Assembly (NCBI GenBank): GCA_030704615.1
Contig: CM060733.1
Coordinates: forward strand, 50,964,001 to 51,028,000
Direction of reading: 5' to 3'
Length of the DNA: 64,000 nt
From: Takakia lepidozioides
Lineage: Eukaryota > Plantae > Bryophyta
Under the pieces are notes generated by a model. That model was given only the letters and a program-made list of their open reading frames with translations. It was not told where the DNA came from and did no database searches. The first letter of the stretch is position 1. Every line of letters begins with the position of its first letter. The position numbers and the translations under genes are program-made. Positions 1 to 12,700 of this stretch are shown one piece after another.

Positions 1-227
1 TCTGAACAACCCAAAGCCCACCCACAAACGTGGCATAGCTGCAAGATTGGAAATGAGAACCTCATCAATTTGCCACAGTGCAGGCTTGTCCCATTAACTT
101 AGTCAACAAGAAACCAATCCAATTACCTGAATCACAACGACACATGTCACATAAGTTTCTTTACAATCGATTTCGCCTGTCTCTGCTCCCTTTCCCAGAT
201 AAAATTCAAGGATAAGATGGGATGTAC

Positions 228-2837
228 CTGAACCTCACGCGCTTCAATTCTCTTCCACCCTCCGGCAAACTGATTACTGTCAGATACACACCAGGGACAT
301 CTTCCTCCACCCATGTGCTCTGTTCTCCCTCACCACATGCTTGCTCACTATCTCCCTCACACCCTTGAGCTTCTGCTTGAGGTAGCCTTTCATCATAGGC
401 AGAATCTCCATGCAAGTTAGCTCCTGCACTGGTATCTCTCATTGAGGTCCCACATGACACACCAGGACTGTAGGCTGGAGTTGCGTATCCTGAAGCCTGT
501 TGACCCCCAAAACAGCACTGTTGTGATACATGTCCTAAGGGACTGAAATGCATTTGAGTAGGTGACGTTGTCAATCTGTCCATCATGTCAAAATAGCCTC
601 CTCTAGGCTACTTCAATACAGAACACAAAGAGACTTTGCATAATACAACCACCATAAAGCTCCATTTTATCTCATCTCATTATTGATCAAACCAGAGCTA
701 AGGCTCCTCATTGTGCATTCCCTGGGAAACATTGGACATAACATACTACCCTGCAGGGTTTTCACTGTAAGACAGCTGAAAACTGTGTGCGACAAGGGAG
801 GGAGAGAGAGAACAGGTCATGACCGGAGATACAAGTTAGTCAGTTATACCTCTTCTTCAGAACTTGATGTGGGAAGGTCTGTTGCTGCTGGTCTCTCAAA
901 TGCAGGTACATTGTAGACAGCTCGAACTCGATTTCCATTCTCAGCCCACCAGGCCTCTGCTTCCTTTTTGGTGAAAATATCACGGCTGCAGATTAAGAGA
1001 GATGGCCCTTATGATCAAACCTTGTATCCAATAATGGACTGCCATATCCAACCAATGGTGCTATGGACTGAGGTAGTAACTTGAGATCCACATAAGATGG
1101 ATCCAATCAACATCTTACTGGCTCAAGATTAGCTGTGCTTCCCCTACCTGACTCTGGCTGTGTCCATCATCATCAATTTCACATAGAAGAAAATACCTTG
1201 TACTTAGTAGAGGTAAAAATTGTTGATGTCAATGACTGAACAGCAGACCCCTTTGGAACTTCTGAGAAATATCCTGATTGAACATGGAATTTTTCACATT
1301 ACATATGAAGAGGGTTACCAAAGAGCCTGCTTAGGCCCTACTACTGGTGCTGTCTGGAAATGCCATCAAGGATGGACACATACCACAAAGATCATGCAGA
1401 ACCCCAGCAACCACGCCTCCACCAAAAGTGCAATTACTGACTGGCTTTTGTTGATTTTCCACTCACAGTGAACCTACAACAAAAAGTCCGGGTTAGATGC
1501 ATTGGAAGGCAGGGCAATACCTGAATCGGATGCGCTTGAGGCCATTGCAACCATTGGGTAAGGCCACAAACGTGATGAAAACCCCGAGCTCAATTTGTGA
1601 GAACCACTCGGTGCCTGGATCGCATTCGCCAGCCGCTGTGATGCCACTTGAAACTTTGGATACATCTGAGCCCTTCACTGCCTCATCCAGCAACTCATTA
1701 TTGTAGATTTGGGGCTGCCCCACAGTGCTCTGTTGAGTCAAAAGTGTCCCAATCATCCACAACCCGTTGCAAGGACGTCAGCCTATGAGCAAGGGTATCT
1801 GTGTCTGCTAGAAAAACCTTCCTCTCTGACTGAGGTCAGGTGACCCCACAAACAAGGAGTCACATAGCTATGCCAACCAGGGACAATATAAGACTTCTTG
1901 TCTCTTGGCCAGAACTTACAGAGCATTTGGTAAACTTTTGATCCAGACGAGCAATGTGGACTGAAGGTGTGAACCCTTGGCCATATTCCCGGTCGAAGTC
2001 TATTTCTTTCGAGGGTGTCGCCGCGCGATAGTGATCGGTGGGTAGAGAGAACTGCCCACTCTGGATCTCAGAAGCAGCATCAAGCGTGGTTACGGGGTGC
2101 ACTGCATGGGCAGTATCATGGTCATACACAGAGGCTGAGCAAGGCCTGCACGAATGTCTGTACGCACCCAACGAGAACTTCACAGCTAACTCCTTCAGCT
2201 GCAGCACAGTTCATAACAATTAGAGGAGCTCCGAAGGATAAAGCACTGACAGCACACCTAAAACCCGATGTGTTGGGTTCGGTTGCAAAGTGCAAAACAT
2301 GAAGTTGAATGAAAATGACCAAGCACATCAGAGAGTCCCAACTCCCCAACTGAAGTCCTTGTTAAAACACGGTCTGCATGTTTCATGAATCACTTTGAGA
2401 CACCTGCCTAACGCATGTCTGGAGCGGAGAGAGAGCATAAACCACTTATTAAAAAAAAAAAAACCCTGCTGGCAGGAATTTCACACCTTTCACAGCAATA
2501 CCGATTCGTCCTCCACGGAAAACAGTACATTGTATCTGCTCCAGAATGAGCAGCTCTAATTTATCTGGATAAACATCTACTTTAAAGACTTGCATTCGAC
2601 AAACATGACATTCAACGAACAGCTATGGAACTCCTAAAACGCGATGATGCACAACTCTTCCCCCAACCCTGCGATACCCAGGCCCCCACTGCCCAACCCC
2701 CCTATCTACCTCTCGCAGGCCATGAATAAAACCTGTGAGGTGAAAGACTTGAGCCGCCTGGGGTCAGCTCTCGACTTGGGGGCATAGCTGGATTCGATGG
2801 CCTCTTCCAAAGACTTGGCACTTATGCATGCCAACAT
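228..2837 (-). CDS. BRXL: BREVIS RADIX-like protein with two BRX domains, multi-exon; last exon lies left of the window
   Basis: Exons 2837-2733 (MLACISAK...LKSFTSQ), 2198-1920 (LKELAVKFSLGAYRHSCRPC), 1729-1521 (EWFSQIELGVFITFVALPNGCNGLKRIRF), 985-850 (SRDIFTKKEAEAWWAENGNRVRAVYNV), 496-228 (WVEEDVPGVYLTVISLPEGGRELKRVRF). All junctions are GT-AG and in phase. The 1919-1730 intron is inferred in order to bypass in-frame stops. Confidence 0.88.
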
Positions 2838-5317
2838 TTTTCTCTGGCACGAAGTTCACCTGAAGCCCATGTAACAGAGAACAGAGGAGACTCTAGTGTT
2901 CATATCTACTCCCCAAAAAAATTGTCTCGATTTTCGTCCGACAGCGGAATGTTGTCTGATAGATTGCCTTGAACATTGGGATGCGAAACTCCAACCAAAA
3001 AACTGGTCTCTTTCTCCCTTCTCCGGAACCCCAGTCTCCCCACCTCGCCGTGAGAACTCTTACGTTTCACAAGACAACTTCTGCAGCTCTCTTTACCACT
3101 CTCCCCCTCCGCATTCAGACTGCCAAAAAGCAGCAACTTTCAACCTCCTTCAGTAGCACACAAGTCTCAAATCCAGCTGTATCTCTCAGCCTCCCCTCCC
3201 ACGGACACCTTCAGCACAATTCTGAATCCAGGAAAGCACGGGTGCAGGAAAAAGAAACAAACACAACACAGAGAGATAGATCGTCACCAACGCACAAACT
3301 CCACTCAGAAGGGCGTCCAGACTCCGGTCAATCGATTTGTACCGATTCAATCCGAGAGACCAAAACCGAAAAAAACAAAGCGCGGGAAACTAATTTTTCA
3401 GCTTGTGTTCATGTGTCTCGCTCTCCCTCTATCCCCAACTCTAAGCCTCCAGCTCCGACGAGCTCAAAACAAGAGAGCAAGAGCTAACAAGCAGACAAGC
3501 TCTACACCGAGCTGTCTTCTCACAAGAGATAGCACAGTACACGGAGACGAGAGCGAGGCAAGATGATCTCTGTGTCCAACTCCCGACCCACACCTGCCGG
3601 CGGCCGCCACCGCAAACCGCCGGCCACCAATTTACGCGTACATTTACTAACTCACTAATTATTGTCAACCAAATTCCGTCCAGTTTTGGGCCCTCTCTTA
3701 ACTCAGCTCTGTTAGTCTAGTAATCTTCCTACTAATCCTCACAGTAATTTGCTTAGTTCTTACTAATCACATACCTCAGCTCTCACTAATACCTGTGGGG
3801 TCAGTTGACCCTTCCAGCACAGGATCCAATGATTGACCAGCTCCAAGTCTGTCCCTTGTCCCTTGTCCCTGTCCCTACCCCTTCATCACCAGCTGACCTA
3901 TCTCAGCCCTCCATCTGATTGAAAACTGGAAGGAATTTATTAGCTACAATAATTCTAATTCCCCCCTCCTCCTTTAAAAAAGAAAAGAAAAAGAGAATGG
4001 GACTGCCAGAGGCCAGAAAATATATTAAAAAGGGACAAGGTGGAGCCTGCAGTGGCTCACAATTCCTGTAATAAAAAAACAGTAAACAAAATAGCTCCAA
4101 CGGCCCTCAGAAACTGGAAATACTTGGCACGTGTGAACCGCCAAAAGGGTGGACTCTTTTAGTACTTTGATAGTTTATATGTCTTTTTTCCTTACTTCTT
4201 TTCATCCGCAATTTGGGAGACCATTTTTTGAATTGCGTCCCATTAGTCGATGTCCTCTTCCACAATGCCCGAGGCTCGCCTAATTTGTGGCCTTCTCGCT
4301 GGCTGTGGAAGAGGACATCGACCGGAGGAACCCGAAAAATTGAAACACTGCGGTGTAAGGTCAACTTGGAAACTCTTGGTCGAAGATGGGTTTGCTCGGA
4401 GCTGTCCCTAGATTGTTTGATAGTGTTATCGTAAGTTGTTGGCCCTGCTGCGGCCTCCGGGACGTGTTTTTAGCCTAGCATTTCGCTTAAGGTACACTTG
4501 CTAGTCACTGTGCTGGCCTGATTTCCGCTCTTATTTCCTCAGCGTCATTTTCGACACCGGAGATAAAAACTACTGCCTGTATCCTCCTCATATTTCTCAT
4601 GGGCTCTCAAGAGGATAGTTTTTTTTTTTTTTTTTTTTTTTCCACTTTTCTATGTGATTAAAAGGGCTCCAATCCTTCAAAGAGAACACATAAAAGGGTG
4701 ACAATTATCACTATTTATTATAATTTGGTTGTCATTGGCAGCATTATCATCGTCATTCTGTATTATTATTATTTTTTAAACTTTGGTTCAAAAAGCTGAC
4801 GCACTGTTGTGTTTCTCACTTATGTACACACTAGTGGATGAACAGAGTCAGGTCATTGTGGATGTGAAGAGTCGTCGTCCATCCGCCCTTGGACGGAGTG
4901 GACGGAGAGCTCCGTTGACGACTCCCGACGTAGACAGGCTGCCGTTCTGACGTTCTGACCACAAACCGCCATATTGTATATAATTGTATTTGCTTGCTTG
5001 TTTATTGCTATAAATGAAGGTTAGACTATTATGCTCTCATATTAAAATTTAATATGCTGTTGTGTTGGAAGGGAGACTGACAGTTTGTGGGTGGGATGAT
5101 ACAATAGTCAACACAAGTTTTGAAAAACTGAAGCAGTTTTTCAAAACAGCTGGTCACAGTTTTCAAATGTCTGTACCACACTGAGTGGACCACCAACAAC
5201 AGTTTGCTAAAGATAAATAAATATTGTACAATAATATCTATATATACATTTTTTTTATTTCTATTTTTTCAGAAAAAGGACAGCCCCCAATAGATTGCCA
5301 GTGCCCAATATATTTAC

Positions 5318-6190
5318 CTATGTAGTAGACTCTGGTGGAGTTTCCGGATGGTGATATCTAAGTGGGCAAAAGCCATTCTTAGAGAAAGAAAATAAAGTAA
5401 ACGGAAACACAGCCAAGCCTAGACTGGGCCGGAGACTTTCTACGGCATAAAGACCTTGTGAACCCACAAACTTTTTGATCGACAACGGACAAGAATGCAA
5501 CGATAATAATACCACACACAGCCGAATGGTGGTGATTCTTAGAATATTCTTACCAGAAGTGGGGAAAAGCCATTCTTAGAAAAATAAAATAAAGTAAATG
5601 GAAGCCCAGACTCGGCCGGACTCTTTCTATTGCGTAAAGACCTTGTGAACCCACAAACTTTCTGATCGAGCAACAGACAAGAATGCAACGACAATAATAT
5701 CACATACAGTCGAATGGCGGTAATTCTTAGAATATTCTTATCGGTCTGGTGGAGTTTTCGGATGGTGATATCTAAGTGGGGAAAAGTCATTCTTAGAAAA
5801 ATAAAATAAAGTAAACGGAAACACAGCCAAGCCCAGACTCGGCCAGAGACATTCTACGGCGCAAAGACCTTGTGAACCCACAAACTTGATCGACAACTGA
5901 CAAGAATGCAACGACAATAATATCACACACAGCCGAATGGTGGTAATTCTTAGAATATTCTTACCAGTCTGGTGGAGGTTTTGGATGGTGATATCTAAGT
6001 GGGGAAAAGTCATTCTTAGAAAAATAAAATAAAGTACGGAAACACAGCCAAGCCTAGACTCAGCCGGGGACATGCTACGGCGTAGAGACCTTGCGAACCC
6101 AGGAACTATTTGATCGAACAACGGACAAGAGTGCAACGATAATAATACCACACACCGCCGAATGGGGATGATTCTTAGACTATTCTTATG
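5318..6190. repeat. Tandem array of four ~190-235 bp units, probably within a TE relic
   Basis: The unit ggtggagttttcggatggtgatatctaagtggggaaaag...cttagaatattctta recurs near 5318, 5553 (internally deleted), 5741 and 5964. Confidence 0.9.
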
Positions 6191-7719
6191 AAGTTGTAAA
6201 CTAGATTGGGATACGGCGAGTTTTACAAGAATTTGGTGTAGACTGATTATTTTTATACTAGGTACTTACATGTTGTAAAAAACGCCCAATTGTCGAATAT
6301 AGGACTCCCTCAGTTGCAGGTTGAAACCATTTGTGCTTTGGAATGTAAAATGAAAGAATAGCTAGAGATATAGGGTGCCATAGTGCCATCGTCGCCACGT
6401 CATCATCACCACGTCATCGTCAAGCAAAACTGGACAGCATTCTTCCACATCCATCCTTTGGTAGCTCTCCAACATTCATTGAAATCCAACCAAGGAGGCG
6501 TTAAGTTACATAGTTGATGACAACTTTGACCAGAGCTTCAAAGGTCCCATGCAGACGGAGCACACTAGGATTTGTTCTTTAAATGTAGCCTGCTGCAAAA
6601 CACATGTCTGTCAATCTCTGCCTTTACACTTTGCACCCACCGAGCTTTCAATGCCCCTCATATCGCTCGCACCACAAAATCCTTCATGTGAGGAGGGGAT
6701 GGCAGGAATTGAAGGAGAAAAGGAGGGCGTTGGAGAGATTCAAGGGTCTCCTAGGAAGTCGAGCCCCATTGCGAAGTCCCAAAAACAAATCCTTCCAGTT
6801 GATATGGTGGGTTGTCTAGCGATGGAATTGGGTTACGGATTCATGATTTGATGATGATGGAGGGTACGCCGGCGTCTTGATCGATCTCCACATGAGCATT
6901 GAAATTTGTACTTGTGTACAATCAGATTGTTTGGAGGGACTGCATTTGAATGACACAATGAAAGGGCCCACAGATAATCAAGGTAATCTGACAGCAGCAG
7001 GTAGACAGCACCCCCTGCGTGCTACAACAATCATAAAGGACAAGCGTTGGGGCCGCCACAAATTTCCTGCTGCAGACTTGTGTGAGAGAAGAAACATCCA
7101 AGGCTCTCAAGTGGATGTAGTACAAATCACAGTCCAAAACAAACTTTGGAAACCGGGAAGGCCAAAGAGCAACGAGTTCCATAGCAAGCAGAGCGCCAAC
7201 TCATCATTGTGTGAAAGAATAATCAACCTGTCAACATCGTCTTCTTCATAACGATGGTTGGAGTCTTCAAATCAATGTGGGGGGTTCTTGTTTCGTCTCC
7301 CACTCCAACATGGAAAAACTCACAGCAGGCGAGGAGTGCATAATTTAATTCGATTATATAGAATGGCGTCTCTTGATTCTATCTAGAAACTTTGAGAGTT
7401 TTGAATGTTTCAACTAAACTACAAAACCTTGCCAGGCCATATGTCCAACTCTTGCAGAATTGTCAGCTACCGACTTACACCTTACGAAAAACTTCTAAGG
7501 ATAGTTCTGTGGGCGACAGCCGAATGTCAACCTTGCAGACCTGTTGTGTGAGAGGGGGGTAATCGTCTGTACAGTGAGCTGGCTGACATTCAAATTGTTT
7601 CGAAAGACTACAGTGCAAAAACCGATTGAGTCTGTCCACTGGGCATGCCAAATTTGGTACATAGAATGATACATATCAATATACGAAGCGAGGCGAGACG
7701 TTTGTTTGTTTGTTTGGTT

Positions 7720-8930
7720 TGGTTTGGTTTTGTTTTGTAGCGTTGAGATGTCCCAATCCGCAAGGCCCCAACCCTGGTGCTTGGGACCGTTAGAAAGCCC
7801 TCGACGAGGGAGGAGGGGTGCGCGGGCTTGGTCTCATGATGCGGGCTTGGTCTCATGATTTTTGGACCTGCGGTGTGGGAGATGTGGAATTCCAAGTACT
7901 TTTGGTAGCTGGAAATTCACAAAAAATAGAAAAAAATGGCAAAGTGGGCATTCTTGGACAATGGTTGGAACCTCGACGGGAGAGATATCAAGGGGAAGGT
8001 CTCTGGTTCAAATCTGGTCGTAGGCTCTGTGGAAAAAAACTTACTTAGATGTCATTGGACACTTGGGCCAACGGCAAAGGCTATCTTAGAGGTTGCATTT
8101 GGGCCTCGACATTGGAGAGGCACTTTGATACATAGGGGATTGCACTTGGACTTAGGGACATGGGACACTTGGGCCATCGGCATAGGATACCCTAGTCAAT
8201 ATATGAAGGAAGCCAGTTTGTTTATTTGTTCAAACAGTTTGTTTGTTTTGTCACGTTGAGATGTCCCGAACTGCGGGCGCCAGCCCTGGTACTTGGTACC
8301 GTTGGAAAGCCCAGCCCTCCCTCGACGAAGAGGGATGCACGGGCTTGGTCTCATAATTTTTGGACCTACGGTGTGGGAGATGTGGAATTCCAAGTACTTT
8401 TGGTAGCTGGAAATTCACAAAAATAGCAAAATGGTCTTTCCTAGGACAATGGTTAGTGGGACAATGGTTAGAGCCTCGACATGAGAGATATCAAGGGAAA
8501 GGTCTCAGGTTCAAATCTGGTCATAGGCTTTGTGGAAAAAAAATGCATTTGGACTTGGGTGACATTGGACACTTGGGCCAATGGCACATGCTACCCTAGA
8601 GACTGCAGATATATCAATAATGATTGCTGAATAAGTTGGGACTTGACATGGGAGAGGTAGGAAATTGCACTTGGTCTTAGATTTCAATTCTTCACACATG
8701 GCCAAAGGTACAAGCTACCCTAGAGGTTGCACTTGGTTCAACGACACAGGCTACCCTAAATAAATTGGGCCTTGACATGAAAAACGTACTTGGATACATA
8801 AGAGATTGCACTACAGGCTACCCTAAATAAATTGGGCCTTGACATGAAAAACGTACTTGGATACATAAGAGATTGCACTGAGGGCTAGATGACATGGGAC
8901 AGTTGGGCCAATGGCGCAGGCTACCCTAGT
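7720..8930. repeat. Degenerate ~500-bp duplication with shorter subrepeats; probable non-autonomous TE remnant
   Basis: 7720-8215 and 8215-8600 share ttgagatgtccc...ggtgtgggagatgtggaattccaagtacttttggtagctggaaattcacaaaa. The motif ctaccctag recurs. A perfect 67-bp tandem duplication lies at 8746-8812/8813-8879. Confidence 0.75.
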
Positions 8931-9779
8931 ACTACTTTAATTCAGATGGGAGACACTTATGAGACACAACTCCTTGAAAAGAATAAGCCTTCATATGGAT
9001 ATATTTTGCACAACCCTGGTCTGACTCAGAATCAGTCCTGCAAAAAGTTTAACCCTTCTGAGTGAAACAGTTCTAGTGGGTCTTTCAAAGCCAGTGCTAC
9101 TACATGAAACTAGGTGGCCAGAAAGAGCCCATTTGAACACTGGGCAAAATTATCCAATACATCCAATCAAATGTTCTGCAAAAGCTTCTTCTCTGTTGAC
9201 TACAACACCCAACTATCAATTGATGAAAACTTGAACTGATGTGCTAGAAAGCACCGCTCTTGGATGGTTGGGTCACGAATCTTTTCCGGATCAGTGCAGT
9301 GGGATGTTCTCATCAGGTATAGACATCTAAGATATGCACACAGAATGAAGTCATCTCGCTACCAGACTGATATTCTAAGCAACAGCCCAGCTTCATACGT
9401 GGCAAGAAGAAGAAACGGGTATGGAAGAGGGATAAGAGCTTAATATCCCCTGGTTGGGATGAAAAGTTGCTTATATGCCCTCAATACAGAGATGAAAGTG
9501 AAGTCAAACACATTTTCTGCCAGACTAATGTGTTCTGTTCTTGCATAATCAGCCTAAGTGAAGAGACATTTGCTCTTTACAGATTATGTACCAAATCAAC
9601 TCACTATCTCTCTCGCAGTGTTGAAGCCCTTCAATTTTTCTTCTGAAAACCCATCCTTCGGAAGTGAATCTGACACTGCGCCACCACTCGCAAATCACAT
9701 ACAGAAGATCCGCACTTCTGAAACTATGAATACAAAGTTGACCACCAAAAGAAGCAGCACTTGCCACCCTGCATTCAGG

Positions 9780-12700
9780 TCAATTAGCACTCACAAGAAA
9801 GGGATGCTGGCATATCCCGCACTCCACTGTCTCCGTCCCAAAGCTTGGAACTTGCACCTGTAGTTGTATGATCACAGCAGTGGAAATGGTTGTTAGGCAC
9901 AGAGCAAGGAATCCATACCGTAATAATTGCAAGTATTGGTTCAAAGGCCTAAATGTAACTCCTTCCACGGGAGCTTTAGCACCATACTCACGGATTCAAT
10001 TTGGACACACTAACGTATGAAGGAAGATGAAGTGGTGAAATGAACCTGGAGATGGATAGTGCAAGTAGGGCAGGCCACCTCCCGTGTCTGTGGACCTAAC
10101 CCGTCCGTTGCAGTTTGATTTTGCCACAAGTGGGGTGGACCCTGAGGCATCGTTGAACCAAAGCTGCCGCCACCATTGCTACGTTTTGGCAAGGCCTCAG
10201 CACCACAAGCTGGGCAGCGAGTGTTGCTGCCAGTGACCAAAGTGATGCTCCCGCACTTGCTACAATTGAGCACTGAGGTCTGCGCAGATGCTTTTGAGTT
10301 TGCGGTGCCGGTGCTGCTGCTTTGGCTGCCTGACATAGCCTTTCTCCCTGCATTTCGCTCCAGCTCCTCCTAAAGTTCAAAGATCAATGGCGGTTATTGG
10401 ACTACAGCGATTTGCAATGCAGACGTGGGGTCACCCAAAGCCTCAAGACTAAGACATGGCTAAGGAGGTACCACTCCCATCAACTCCATCAAGGATGCAC
10501 TGGTCAAATACAAGACTATCATACACCTTGCCATCAAAGGGCAGTTCTACTTTTCTGCAGTTTACAATAAATATACACTTTGGAAAATTTCATTACTCAT
10601 AACATCAGCCAAGGAGGACCACTCAAGGTTGCACACAGCAATTTAACTAAGCTCCTGCTTCTGCATCACCATATATCCCCTTGTCTGCACATATCACTAC
10701 AGCTTTTAACAGGATCCACAACACCTTTGAACCTGTATGACCCTTCCTGAGGGAACTCACTATACAACTAAACTCATGGAGCTTCAAGTCATATTGCTCC
10801 TTTGATCACGAGCAAGAACTTTAGTATCGGGGAGAAGATGGACCAGACTCAAAGGAGAGGATAACAGAAGATACTATATGAAGTTGGAAGTAAGCAACCA
10901 CTGGTTGGCGAAGCTAGCAGATCATGACCACAATAGGTCATAGGATCTAGACCACTGAATGTCCCGGGCTGAGCCTATTAGCGAGGTGCTATCCCGAGGC
11001 TGGGGATCCCCTATAAGTAAGACTTGAGGATGGGAGGAGATTCATTGCTTACAGAACTTCAGTGCTTGTCCTTGGTCTAGGTTATGTGATGTACTACAGG
11101 ATGATACTGCTCATATGAGGTTAGTTTATTAGCTTGCCCAGGTGTCTTTGTTTCTAGTCCTGAGTTTGGAGTCTAACAGCAATTAGGTTTCTTCACCTCT
11201 TTCTTTGCCTAAATTATGCACATTACATACCAGTCTTGGCCATTGACTTGTAAGACTAAGTTGGTGTCTAAATTGAGTGTGCGTATGTGCTATCAAGTCC
11301 AAAGCTGCTATACCATTTTGCCTGCTAATTCTAAACAGCTGAAAATAATGGGGACAAGTTGAAGAGAAAATGCTCGATGTGACATCCAGAGAAGCTCTAG
11401 GAGAGAGCAACTCCATCATCTATGGAGCCCATGGCCACCCAAACTATAATCTATAACTTGCCAAATTTGTCTTTTTCTCTCCTACATCTCTCTCATCTCT
11501 TTCATTAATGCAAGGACAACCTTCTGTGTTCTTCCCACCACACACACTACAGACTACACAGCAACTCCCCATCGTAAGCCTTGGTGCATATATGAATTCG
11601 CAGCCCATACGCTTCCACATAGGGGGCTGCAACTCCAGATTGCAAAAAGGATCGGATCATTTCACTTTGGCCTTCATCCACCACTTTTCCATCCTCTATC
11701 AGTGTATTACATCTCCTTGACAAAATCCCATGGCCTGCTAAGGAAACACCTGTATGACCAAAACTGGATGGTAGTTTTTGACTAACCCCTCCTCATGGAT
11801 GTTGAAACTGCAGAATGCTACGAAAACTTTTCTGCAGGTAGATAGAGGGATCAAGACAAATCGACCTTAACATATTGGACTCCATGAATGAGGGGGAGGT
11901 ACCTGAAGCTTCTTGGCCAGATCTTCATGTGTACGCTGGGCGGGCACCTTGCTTGTTTCCTTCATGTTAGTCAGCCTTTGTGTCACCTCTGCCTGCAAGC
12001 GTCACTCAGGAACTGATAGTTAATCCTTTGGCTGCATCAAAAACCCAGAGGAAAGCTAAACTATCAAATGACATTTGGCTCAGCTTCAAAACCTTAGCTG
12101 GAGCGTTCAATCACGGGGCTCCTCCTATGAATTTCTCTGCAAAGACACTTGCATGTCCAATGACCTAACCCAAGATAAACGCCACAACCTGGTACGTTCT
12201 CCTGTGAGTTTTAAGTGTCTCCAACTCCATTGAAAAAGTCCGGCCAGTTGAGGAAACTTCTAGTTATTACTGGTGATACATCTTACGTTTATTCAATCTC
12301 CCATGTGCATAGAAGAACCTCTCAAGAATGTGATAGTGGATTCAACAGGAAAGTTACCAGGCAGCGATCGCACACGCGTACAACCTGTGCATCCTCCTCA
12401 GCTGTAAGCGGGGTTCTTCCCCGTGTGCACTTGTCACAAAATATATCTCCACAATTCCTGCAGTGGTGCTGTATGCCAACCCAAGAAACCCATCATTGTT
12501 TGTCAGACAAAGTTGATTACTCTGTGTATCTGCCTCGACAAGGCTGAAGGCCACATATTTCACCGACCCCCGTCCCTCTGCTGGTGGTGGGGTCTCTAGC
12601 TTACAGCAAGCCGAATCTAATAAAGTGCATTTTCCCTAGTCTGCTAGTGATACTGGATAACTGACTGCATACATGGACCTGTCTACTGGCCACCTACCTG

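Noticed and set aside
1730-1919. In-frame stops suggesting that the BRX-like gene is a pseudogene
   Set aside because: A phase-0 GTAAG...CAG intron (1919-1730) removes them cleanly.
2969-3487. 172-aa plus-strand ORF upstream of the BRX-like gene
   Set aside because: Low-complexity sequence with a non-ATG start, antisense to the probable 5'UTR and intron, with no domain.
5318-6190. Repeat array as a CRISPR-like locus, or ORFs 5318-5515, 5539-5790 and 5738-6151 as genes
   Set aside because: The units are ~225 bp and fully homologous with no unique spacers; the ORFs are by-products of the repeat.
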